A stretch of DNA of 64,000 nt from an uncultured delta proteobacterium (GTDB lineage Bacteria > Desulfobacterota > DSM-4660 > Desulfatiglandales > HGW-15), in the NCBI GenBank assembly GCA_963707125.1, contig CAVPOU010000013.1, positions 128,007 to 192,006 of the forward strand. Reading direction: 5' to 3'. Below are positions 18,628 through 26,656 of the stretch, one piece after another. The position numbers and the translations under genes were made by a program. Positions within the stretch are counted from its first letter, which is position 1, and each line of letters begins with the position of its first letter. Under the pieces are notes generated by a model. It searched no databases and was not told the DNA's origin. It was given only the letters and a program-made list of their open reading frames with translations.

Positions 18628-21108
18628 ATGGACCGGTTTATTCGGTCTTTGTTTCTTGAGGCCGCGTTCAGCGACAAGTCCGAAGAAATCCATGAGGGAA
18701 GCGTCGCACTTGCGGCCCTCGGCAGTTATGGACGGCGGGAACTGTGCCTGGGATCGGATGTGGATCTCCTGGTGATTCACCAGGGGAGGCTCTCTCGTGA
18801 GACGAGCGAGATGATCCGCCGGGTCCTTTATACCCTCTGGGATGCAAAACTTGAAGTCGGTCACTCGGTTCTGACCTTTCAGGAATGCAACCGTCTGGCC
18901 CTGAGCGATTTCCGGTTTCTCACCTCTGTGATGGATGCCCGCTTCCTGCTGGGGGCCAGAGACTTCTACCGCCTTTTTGAAGCGGCCTTCTGGTCGAAGA
19001 TCGACCGGGAGAAAGAGGCCATCCGCAGGCAGTTCCTCCTGTATCAGCAAAAGAGACAGGAAAAATTCGGGACCCAGGAATATTTTGTGGAACCGGACAT
19101 CAAAGAGGGTCTGGGCGGCCTCAGGGACATCCACTTCATGGCCTGGGCGGCCAAGTTGTATTTCAGGTCAAAGCATCTCCGCGAGGTGAAGCGCTTTTCC
19201 GTTTTTTCCCATTTCGGTCTGGACAAGCTTCATGAATCCGAGAGTTTCCTCCTCAAGGTGAGAAACCAGCTCCATCTTTTGGCCGGAGGGCGGCGAGAGG
19301 ATCGACTTCTCCTCCCGTTCCAGCCAAAGGTGGCCAAGAGTCTGGGCTTCAAGAACGGGGCCTACAACACAGGGCCTGAGAAATTCATGAAAGATCTCCA
19401 CGGCCATCTGAACCGAATTCGCTACAGAAGCGAAGAGTTTCACGTGAAGGCCATGGAGCTCATTGATCCGCAGCCCGAGGAGCCTTCTCCTGAGCAAATC
19501 TCGCCTGAATTTCAGGCGATCAAAGGGAATCTTGTTCTGAAGGCGGAAGGCCTCACTCCCTTGCTGGTCCTCAAAGCCCTGGATGAGGCGAATCGGAGGG
19601 GGCTGTCCTTAGGGTCCGGGCTCATCTGGGAGGCGAGCAAAAAGATCGAGCAAGAAGGGAAGGCCCTTCTGGATCTCCCCGAAGCGAGAAGTCTCTTTCT
19701 TGAGTTTCTGTATCGCCCTTCCGATCCGAAGATTCTCAGGCTGGCGCTGGAACTGGGGCTTATCACCCTGTTTATTCCCGAGTTCAAGAAAATCAGAAAC
19801 CTGGCTCAGTTCACCTACTACCACTCAGAGACCGTGGATCTTCATTCGTTGAAAACGCTGGAGATCATCCACGACGTTTCAAGGGGCGTGTACGGTGATC
19901 GGTGGCCTCTTTTCAAGCAGGTTTACGCTGAGCTCAAGAATCCGGAGTGGCTCCTTCTGGTCGGCCTCTTGCACGACATCGGAAAGGGATACAGAGGGGA
20001 GCATCCCACACGAGGGGCGGAGATCATCCCCAGGATTTTGAAGAGGCTTGGAGTGGACAGGGATGCCATCCAGGTGATCCCTTTCCTCATCCAGCATCAC
20101 CTTCTCCTGGCCAATATCTCTCAGCGAAGAGATCTGAACGATGAAAAGACGGCTGTGCAAGTCGCCCAAGTGGTGGGTGACCTTGAGAGGCTGAAGCTTC
20201 TTTTTCTGCTCACAGTCGCCGACAGCTTCGCCACGGGGCCGATCGCGAGCAGCGACTGGAGGATCATGCTCCTGATCGAACTTTTTTTCAAGGTCAGGCG
20301 CATCCTTCAGAGCGGCACCCTTGCTTCGCCGGATGCGACAAGAAGGGTGGAAGAAAACAAGATAGCCCTGTCCCGGTATTTGGCGGGAGCGTTTTCAGGG
20401 AAGGAGATCGCGGTTCTTATGGATCAGGTTTCGACCCGATACTTTTTGAATGTACCGCTGGAAGACATGGTGGAGCATTTTCGGATTGCCCTGAGCATGG
20501 GCCATCAAAGACTGTCCTGGACGCTGAAGAAGTTGAAGCACGCCCCCGTCACGCGCGTCGTCTTGTGCACCAGGGACAGGCCAGGACTCTTCAGCAAAAT
20601 GGTCGGGGTTTTCACCCTTCACAATATCAATGTGCTTTCAGGGAACATCTTCACTCTGAAGAACGGCCTGGCCTTTGACCTTTATGACGTTACGAACCCC
20701 CTCGACCCTCTGAGGGAGGAGGAGATGTGGGCGAAGATGCTGCATGACGCGCGACAGGCGATCGACGACCAACTCCCGCTCGATGAATTGATCAGCAGAA
20801 AAGCCCAGATGAGTTCCTTTGAGGAGATCCACTACACCGAGCACCCGGTGGAAAGAATCCGAGTCGACAATGAAGGCTCCGACTTCTTTACCATCATTGA
20901 GGTGGGAGGCGGGATCCGAACCGGGCTGCTCTATGAACTGGCCAAGAAAATCTTTTCTCTTGGCCTGGACATTCGGTTTGCCAAGGTGAACAGCGACAAG
21001 GAGAAGATGACCGGTGTCTTTTACGTCAGGGATGCGAGCGGTCAGAAAATCTATGAGGATTCCGTTCTCGAGAAGGTGAGACGGGAAATCCTGGGGGTGC
21101 TTCAGTAG
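18628..21108 (+). CDS. glnD: [Protein-PII] uridylyltransferase, copy 2 (5' end uncertain)
   Basis: 826 aa from ATG 18628. GSYGRRELCLGSDVDLLVIH, HD motif LHDIGK, two ACT-like C-terminal domains. GlnD-like sequence continues in frame upstream of the ATG (see findings). Confidence 0.85.
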   Translation: MDRFIRSLFLEAAFSDKSEEIHEGSVALAALGSYGRRELCLGSDVDLLVIHQGRLSRETSEMIRRVLYTLWDAKLEVGHSVLTFQECNRLALSDFRFLTSVMDARFLLGARDFYRLFEAAFWSKIDREKEAIRRQFLLYQQKRQEKFGTQEYFVEPDIKEGLGGLRDIHFMAWAAKLYFRSKHLREVKRFSVFSHFGLDKLHESESFLLKVRNQLHLLAGGRREDRLLLPFQPKVAKSLGFKNGAYNTGPEKFMKDLHGHLNRIRYRSEEFHVKAMELIDPQPEEPSPEQISPEFQAIKGNLVLKAEGLTPLLVLKALDEANRRGLSLGSGLIWEASKKIEQEGKALLDLPEARSLFLEFLYRPSDPKILRLALELGLITLFIPEFKKIRNLAQFTYYHSETVDLHSLKTLEIIHDVSRGVYGDRWPLFKQVYAELKNPEWLLLVGLLHDIGKGYRGEHPTRGAEIIPRILKRLGVDRDAIQVIPFLIQHHLLLANISQRRDLNDEKTAVQVAQVVGDLERLKLLFLLTVADSFATGPIASSDWRIMLLIELFFKVRRILQSGTLASPDATRRVEENKIALSRYLAGAFSGKEIAVLMDQVSTRYFLNVPLEDMVEHFRIALSMGHQRLSWTLKKLKHAPVTRVVLCTRDRPGLFSKMVGVFTLHNINVLSGNIFTLKNGLAFDLYDVTNPLDPLREEEMWAKMLHDARQAIDDQLPLDELISRKAQMSSFEEIHYTEHPVERIRVDNEGSDFFTIIEVGGGIRTGLLYELAKKIFSLGLDIRFAKVNSDKEKMTGVFYVRDASGQKIYEDSVLEKVRREILGVLQ

Positions 21109-21125
21109 AGCCACAACCCAATTCT

Positions 21126-21158
21126 CATTGAACATTGATCATTGATCATTGAACATTG
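21126..21158. repeat. Heptamer tandem repeat CATTGAW x4.7
   Basis: cattgaa cattgat cattgat cattgaa cattg, 18 nt after the glnD-2 stop. Confidence 0.9.
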
Positions 21159-21185
21159 CTGGGTTCGTAAAAAGTCATCAAAGCC

Positions 21186-21254
21186 GTCACCCCGGCGAAA
21201 GCCGGGGTCCAGAAGTGCTTGTTTTTCCTGGATTCCGGCTTTCGCCGGAATGAC
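21186..21254. repeat. REP-like inverted repeat (CCGGCGAAAGCCGG type)
   Basis: Arms are 21186-21212 (gtcaccccggcgaaagccggggtccag) and 21228-21254 (ctggattccggctttcgccggaatgac), about 23/27 complementary. Each arm is itself a hairpin. Confidence 0.85.
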
Positions 21255-21362
21255 GGAAAAGGGCGTTTTCCGACTTTTTACAACGCATCAATGTTAATTG
21301 ATAAATGCTTTGATTTCGGCCAAAAGACTGCATTGGGCATTTTGTGGGAGAGGGGTTTTTCC

Positions 21363-22658
21363 ATGGGAGAAACAGTGCGGGTTTCATCAGGAGTGAGCGA
21401 GTTGGACCGCTTGCTGGGCGGGCTTTTCATCGGGGACAACGTGGTCTGGCACGACGCCGCCGGGAGTCTTGCCTCCGTCTTCTGCCTCAATTTCATCCAG
21501 ACGTCTCAGGCTCAGGAAAAACCGATCATTTACGTGACCTTTGATCGGTCTCCCAGGAACCTCCTCGACAAGCTCGGCCGTTTTGCAGAGTACCCGGGCC
21601 TAACGATCCTCGACTGCTTCACCCAGGGGAAAGGCGCCGGTTCTCCTGTCTTTCTCAGGTTCTACGAAGGCAAGAAGAAAAGAACATGCAGGGTCGTGAG
21701 AGTCGACCAGCCCGGGGATCAAAATCAGGTGATGGATGCCCTTTATGGGATTCATGCCAGCATGGAAGGGGACGTGCGTTTCGTCTTCGAAAGCCTGACC
21801 GGCATGGGGGAGCTCTGGGGCGGAGAAGAGCCCATCATCCAGTTTTACGCCCATTCCTGCGCACGCCTCTACGAACTGAACACCATTGCCTACTGGATCC
21901 TGGAAAAGCGCGCCCACACGGCCCGTCTGAGGGCTCAGATCAATCAGATCGCTCAGGTCGCGATGGATGTTTCCGTCAAGCGAGGGACCTGCTCGCTCAC
22001 CATTCTGAAGGCGGAGAACCGGGATCTCGACACCCAGAACCGGCCCTACCCTTACTGGAGCAAAGGCCTCGACGTCACTTTTGAAACAGAGGGTCCGGCG
22101 CGGGGTGGAATCGACCTGGGCACGCGGCTGAGGGATCTCCGGACCAAGCGGGGGCTCCCTCAGAAAGAGCTGGCGGATCTCGTGGGGGTAACGTCGAGCA
22201 CCATCTCGCAGATCGAGAGCAATCTCATTTACCCTTCTTTGCCTGCGCTCCTCAAGCTGGCGGAAGTGCTTTCCGTGGAGGTGAGTGCTTTTTTTCAGGA
22301 GCCGGCTAAGGCAACGGGCCGGGTGCTCTTCTCGATCAAAGAGGCAACGGACGTGAAGCTTCAGGCGCTTGCCGAAGGGGATGTTCAGGCCAGGCTCCTC
22401 ACTCCGCTGGATTTGGACGCCAAAGGGGAACCCTACCTCATCGAAATCCCCCCAAGGAAGACCCTCTCATCGCATTTCTTCGTCCACAAGGGAGAAGAAA
22501 TGGGATACCTCCTGCATGGGAAATTGCAGTTTAAGATGAAAAACTCTGTTTACACCTTCCAGAGCGGAGAGGTGGTTTACCTGACCCGCGATATCCCCAC
22601 TCAGTGGAAGAATCCCGGTCCCGGCACGGCCAGGCTTCTCTGGATCAAGCTGAAGTAA
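21363..22658 (+). CDS. Three-domain regulator: degenerate KaiC/RecA-like domain + XRE-type HTH + C-terminal cupin
   Basis: N-terminal SSGVSELDRLLGGLFIGDNVVWHDAAGSLAS parallels KaiC-like GIxxLDxxLGGGxxxGxxxLxxGxxGxGKT, but the P-loop is lost. HTH: LRTKRGLPQKELADLVGVTSSTISQIESN. Cupin: HKGEEMGYLLHGKLQF...GEVVYL. ATG at 21363; the upstream part of the ORF is REP sequence. Confidence 0.6.
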   Translation: MGETVRVSSGVSELDRLLGGLFIGDNVVWHDAAGSLASVFCLNFIQTSQAQEKPIIYVTFDRSPRNLLDKLGRFAEYPGLTILDCFTQGKGAGSPVFLRFYEGKKKRTCRVVRVDQPGDQNQVMDALYGIHASMEGDVRFVFESLTGMGELWGGEEPIIQFYAHSCARLYELNTIAYWILEKRAHTARLRAQINQIAQVAMDVSVKRGTCSLTILKAENRDLDTQNRPYPYWSKGLDVTFETEGPARGGIDLGTRLRDLRTKRGLPQKELADLVGVTSSTISQIESNLIYPSLPALLKLAEVLSVEVSAFFQEPAKATGRVLFSIKEATDVKLQALAEGDVQARLLTPLDLDAKGEPYLIEIPPRKTLSSHFFVHKGEEMGYLLHGKLQFKMKNSVYTFQSGEVVYLTRDIPTQWKNPGPGTARLLWIKLK

Positions 22659-22768
22659 TGCAGGAATCTTGACTTTTGAGAAAAAGCCGGTAGTATGGCT
22701 GGCTAAAGCTTTTCGTCAACCACGGATTTCCTTGCACCAACCGAACCCGGCTTTCGGAAGAAACCAGA

Positions 22769-23680
22769 ATGACAACTCATGATGACAAAAAGAAGAAGCT
22801 TTCTGAGACGGCTGTCTTCAGGGACATGCCTGTGGACATGCTGGATGAGATTTCCGGGGTCGTGGAGGACAGGGTGGTTCCGGCCCGCACCGTAGTTTTC
22901 AAAAGGGGAGACCCTGGAGACAGTTTCTGGGTAATCCAATCCGGTAAGATCAGAGTGTTTCGCAGCGATGACCAAGGGGTTGAGATTACCCTCTCGGAGC
23001 TGGGGCCGGGGCAGAGCTTTGGGGAAGTGGCCCTGCTGACCGGAGAAGCCAGGTCGGCAAGTGTGGAGACCCTGGAGGAGACTCAGGCGCTGGTTCTCAC
23101 TAAAGAGCAGTTCGAACAGGTTCTGAAAAGTCACCCTGAGGTGTCCTTGACGTTTATCAAGCAATTGTCCGGATGGCTGAAACGGGACGAGCAGGCCCTG
23201 GAGACAGAGGCGAGGCGCATGGCTACCCCTCCCCAGATGTCCTGGTTTGATTTTGTTCTTCTCATCGGGGTCAGCATTCTTTTCGCTCTGGTTTTCAACC
23301 AGTCCAATCCGAACGGGATTCCTCTTTTTCAGAAGTTGCCTTCCAAGGAGGCCATCCCCTCGATCACCCTCTTTGCCGCAGCAGAAGAATACAAGCAGGG
23401 CGAAGCCGTTTTCGTGGATGCCATGCCGGCGAACTTCTATGATAAACGGCACATCAAGGGCGCGGTCAACATGCCTCTGGCCCTGTTTGACATCGTCTAT
23501 CTAATGACCTTTGATGAAGAAAGCAAAACCAAGAAAATCATTGTGTACGGAAGGACGATCAGTAAACTGTACGACCTGGAGGTGGCGAACAAGCTTGCCC
23601 TAAGAGGTTACAAGAACACCAAAGTCCTGGAGGGCAGGCTGAGCGACTGGGAGAAGAAAGGATATCCGGTAGAGCCATGA
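22769..23680 (+). CDS. cNMP-binding domain / TM / rhodanese-homology domain protein
   Basis: cNMP-binding core (FKRGDPGDSFWVIQSGKIRVF...FGEVALLTGEARSASV), one TM (WFDFVLLIGVSILFALVF) and a C-terminal rhodanese-like fold (FVDAMPANFYDKRHIKGAVNMP...IIVYG). Confidence 0.65.
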   Translation: MTTHDDKKKKLSETAVFRDMPVDMLDEISGVVEDRVVPARTVVFKRGDPGDSFWVIQSGKIRVFRSDDQGVEITLSELGPGQSFGEVALLTGEARSASVETLEETQALVLTKEQFEQVLKSHPEVSLTFIKQLSGWLKRDEQALETEARRMATPPQMSWFDFVLLIGVSILFALVFNQSNPNGIPLFQKLPSKEAIPSITLFAAAEEYKQGEAVFVDAMPANFYDKRHIKGAVNMPLALFDIVYLMTFDEESKTKKIIVYGRTISKLYDLEVANKLALRGYKNTKVLEGRLSDWEKKGYPVEP

Positions 23681-24174
23681 AAGGACTTTTGAAACGCATT
23701 GTGACCAGCGAATACCTGGCCCTCGTTTTGAGGATCTACATCGGGTATGTGTTCATCTACGCGAGCATGTACAAGATCACGTATCCCGCTGTTTTTTCCG
23801 AATCCGTGGCCGCCTATCAGGTGATCCCTTACTTTTTCCTGAATCTGGGATCCCTGGTTCTGCCCTGGGTGGAATTCATGTGCGGTCTGTTTCTCATCAT
23901 CGGGCTCAGGACCCGCGCAGCGGCTGTGGTGACCTCCCTGATGTTGATGATGTTTATCGTCATGCTCATCATCAACATCTATCGTGACGCCCCGATTAGT
24001 TGCGGCTGTTTCGACTCAGTGGGCGAGGAACTGGGCTGGAAGAAGGTCACCGAGGATGTGATCTGGCTGCTCATGACGATTCAAGTGTTTTTCTTTGACC
24101 GGATCTTCGTTTTCTACGGCGGAGGACTTCTGCCCAAGAGGTTCAGGAAGAGCGCTCTTCCTGTCGCCTCTTAA
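23677..24174 (+). CDS. DoxX/MauE-family small membrane protein
   Basis: 165 aa with four predicted TM helices. ATGA overlap with the upstream rhodanese gene. Family call rests on topology and remembered pattern. Confidence 0.5.
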   Translation: MKGLLKRIVTSEYLALVLRIYIGYVFIYASMYKITYPAVFSESVAAYQVIPYFFLNLGSLVLPWVEFMCGLFLIIGLRTRAAAVVTSLMLMMFIVMLIINIYRDAPISCGCFDSVGEELGWKKVTEDVIWLLMTIQVFFFDRIFVFYGGGLLPKRFRKSALPVAS

Positions 24175-24518
24175 TGGAGAATGAAATGGCACTGAGGAAA
24201 AGAACCACATGGACCCTGGGAGTGTCGCTGTTGTGTTTGCTCCTGGCCCTTTGCCCGGCCTGCGAATCCAAGGACAAGTACGCCGGAACCTATGCAGCCC
24301 AAGGGAAGACCGGGGAAGTCCGCATGGAACTGAAAGCCAGCGGAGACGGCATCTGGATAGCCGGCAATCAGGAGATTTCCTTTTCCTGGCATATCAAGGC
24401 GGGGGATCTCCGAATCAACACCAGAGAGGGCGGCGTCATCGTGGGGAAGATCGAGGGCAGTGCGTTCAAGATCAGCTTGCCGGGGCAGAAGGAGTTATTG
24501 TTCAAAAGAGCTCAATAA
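24174..24518 (+). CDS. Small lipoprotein, function unknown
   Basis: Signal/lipobox-like LLCLLLALCPAC. 114 aa. Start overlaps the preceding stop. Confidence 0.4.
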   Translation: MENEMALRKRTTWTLGVSLLCLLLALCPACESKDKYAGTYAAQGKTGEVRMELKASGDGIWIAGNQEISFSWHIKAGDLRINTREGGVIVGKIEGSAFKISLPGQKELLFKRAQ

Positions 24519-24563
24519 AGGGTCATCTCCATTCACTCTTGATCCTCTCTTTCAACTTAAAGC

Positions 24564-25202
24564 GTGTCCAAGAGCACTCTCATCCATAAAGCCCGCGCCC
24601 ATGTCGAGGCTCTTCTCAAAACCACCAAGCCGGGATGGGTAAAGTATCATAATTTCGAGCATGCAAAGGCCGTGGCCAAGGCGAGTAAAACCATAGGCAC
24701 CGCCTGCCGCCTCAGCACGGAAGACCTCGAAGGCGTGATTCTTGCGGCATGGTTCCACGATGGGGGTTATGTGGAAGCGATCGAGGGCCACGAGGAGAAA
24801 AGTGTTGAGATCGCCACCTCCTTCTTGCGGGAAAACGGGTATCCTGAAGGAAAGATCGCACGGGTTGCAAGGTGTATCCGGGCTACCAAAATGCCTCAGA
24901 ATCCCAAAACCCTCATGGAACAGGTCCTTTGCGATGCGGATATCTCCCATCTCGCAAGCAAGGACTTTCTTGAAGTGTCGGAACTGATTCGTCTGGAAAT
25001 CGAGCATCGCATGGGCCGCAAACTTGCTGAGGCAGAGTGGTTAACCATGAATACGCTTTTCGTGGCCGGCCATCGATATCACACCGACTATGCGAGATCA
25101 AAGTACGCCCCGCAGCACGAAGCCAATCTGGCCGCCTTGAAAGAACGATTGAATCAGCTGAAGCACCGGAAAACGTTTTTGCCGCGTCGGAAGGCGAAAT
25201 AA
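24564..25202 (+). CDS. HD-domain phosphohydrolase
   Basis: HNFEHAKAV...AAWFHDGGY...LCDADISHL fits the H...HD...D metal-ligand pattern. Confidence 0.65.
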   Translation: MSKSTLIHKARAHVEALLKTTKPGWVKYHNFEHAKAVAKASKTIGTACRLSTEDLEGVILAAWFHDGGYVEAIEGHEEKSVEIATSFLRENGYPEGKIARVARCIRATKMPQNPKTLMEQVLCDADISHLASKDFLEVSELIRLEIEHRMGRKLAEAEWLTMNTLFVAGHRYHTDYARSKYAPQHEANLAALKERLNQLKHRKTFLPRRKAK

Positions 25203-25236
25203 AAAGGGGCCTCCGAAAGGAAGGCCCCTTTTGTTT
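25201..25236. terminator. Bidirectional rho-independent terminator between the HD gene and gdhA
   Basis: aaaaAGGGGCCtccgaaaggaaGGCCCCTtttgttt: a 7-bp GC stem flanked by an A-run and a T-run, between convergent genes. Confidence 0.65.
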
Positions 25237-25254
25237 CGCTCGAGCGAGGAGAGG

Positions 25255-26604
25255 CTAGACCAGACCTTGGTCGATCATCGCGTTCACGACCTTAACGAAC
25301 CCGGCCATGTTTGCCCCGGCCATGTAGTTTCCCGGGACCCCGTACTCCGACCCCGCATCCAGGCAAGCCTTGTGGATGCTCTTCATAATGATCTTGAGGC
25401 GGGCATCCACTTCTTCTCTCGGCCAGCTCAGCCGCATGCTGTTCTGGGCCATCTCAAGACCTGACACAGCGACCCCTCCGGCATTGGACGCCTTGCCCGG
25501 GGCGTAGAGGATCTTCTTGTCCAGGAAGATATGGATCGCTTCCGGTGTAGAAGGCATGTTTGCCCCTTCCGCAACCAGGGTGACGCTGTTCTTGATGAGG
25601 TTCTGAGCGTCCTTGCTGCCGATTTCATTCTGGGTGGCGCTCGGAAAGGCGCAGTTTGCCTTGCGGTTCCACAGGGGGTTGTAGTCCAATGAGGAATCCG
25701 TTTCAGTGTAAACCGCCTGAGAGTACTTGTCCACATACTCCTTAATCCTTCCCCTGCGGATGTTCTTGAGCCTCTTCACGAAAGCCAGCTTGTCCTGATC
25801 AATGCCTTCCTCGTCGTAAATGTAACCTGAGGAGTCGGACAGGGTGACCACTTTCGCTCCCAGTTCTATCAGTTTCTCCACAGTGAATTGGGCCACGTTT
25901 CCGGATCCGGAGACCAGGCACACTTTCCCTTCCAGAGTTTGATTCCGAACGGCAAGCATCTCAGCGGCAAAGTAAACGCATCCGTATCCCGTTGCTTCCG
26001 GCCGGATGAGGCTTCCCCCCCAGCCAAGGCTCTTGCCGGTCAAGACCCCTGTGAATTCGTTCGCAAGCTTGCGGTACATGCCGAAGAGGTATCCGATTTC
26101 TCTTGCTCCCACTCCGATGTCGCCTGCCGGAACATCCGTATTCGGCCCGATGTGTCGGAAAAGCTCCATCATGAAGCCCTGGCAGAAGCGCATCACCTCA
26201 TTGTCGGATTTGCCTTTCGGATCAAAGTCAGAGCCTCCTTTCCCTCCTCCCATGGCCAGCGTGGTGAGAGCGTTCTTGAAGACCTGCTCAAAGGCAAGAA
26301 ATTTGAGGATGCTGAGGTTCACGGATGGATGAAATCGAAGTCCACCCTTGTAGGGCCCGATGGCGCTGCTCATCTGGACCCTGTAACCTCGGTTCACCTG
26401 CACCTGCCCCTCGTCGTCCACCCAGGGAACCTGGAACATGACCACTCGCTCAGGTTCCACCAGCCTTTCGAGGATGCCGTTTTCACGGTATTGCGGGTTG
26501 CGGTCCAGGACCGGTTTCACCGAATCCACCACTTCTTCTACGGCCTGATGAAACTCCTTTTCATTAGGATCGCGCGCTTTAATCACTTTCAAGATTTCCG
26601 TCAT
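25255..26604 (-). CDS. gdhA: NADP-specific glutamate dehydrogenase
   Basis: 449 aa with classic GDH motifs (QVNRGYRVQMSSAIGPYKGGLRFHPSV, GGGKGGSDFDPKGKS, VSGSGNVAQ). Confidence 0.95.
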   Translation of the reverse strand: MTEILKVIKARDPNEKEFHQAVEEVVDSVKPVLDRNPQYRENGILERLVEPERVVMFQVPWVDDEGQVQVNRGYRVQMSSAIGPYKGGLRFHPSVNLSILKFLAFEQVFKNALTTLAMGGGKGGSDFDPKGKSDNEVMRFCQGFMMELFRHIGPNTDVPAGDIGVGAREIGYLFGMYRKLANEFTGVLTGKSLGWGGSLIRPEATGYGCVYFAAEMLAVRNQTLEGKVCLVSGSGNVAQFTVEKLIELGAKVVTLSDSSGYIYDEEGIDQDKLAFVKRLKNIRRGRIKEYVDKYSQAVYTETDSSLDYNPLWNRKANCAFPSATQNEIGSKDAQNLIKNSVTLVAEGANMPSTPEAIHIFLDKKILYAPGKASNAGGVAVSGLEMAQNSMRLSWPREEVDARLKIIMKSIHKACLDAGSEYGVPGNYMAGANMAGFVKVVNAMIDQGLV

Positions 26605-26656
26605 AGCTTTCCTCCCGTCCGTTTAGAATAATTGATTTAATGGAACCATCATCTAA

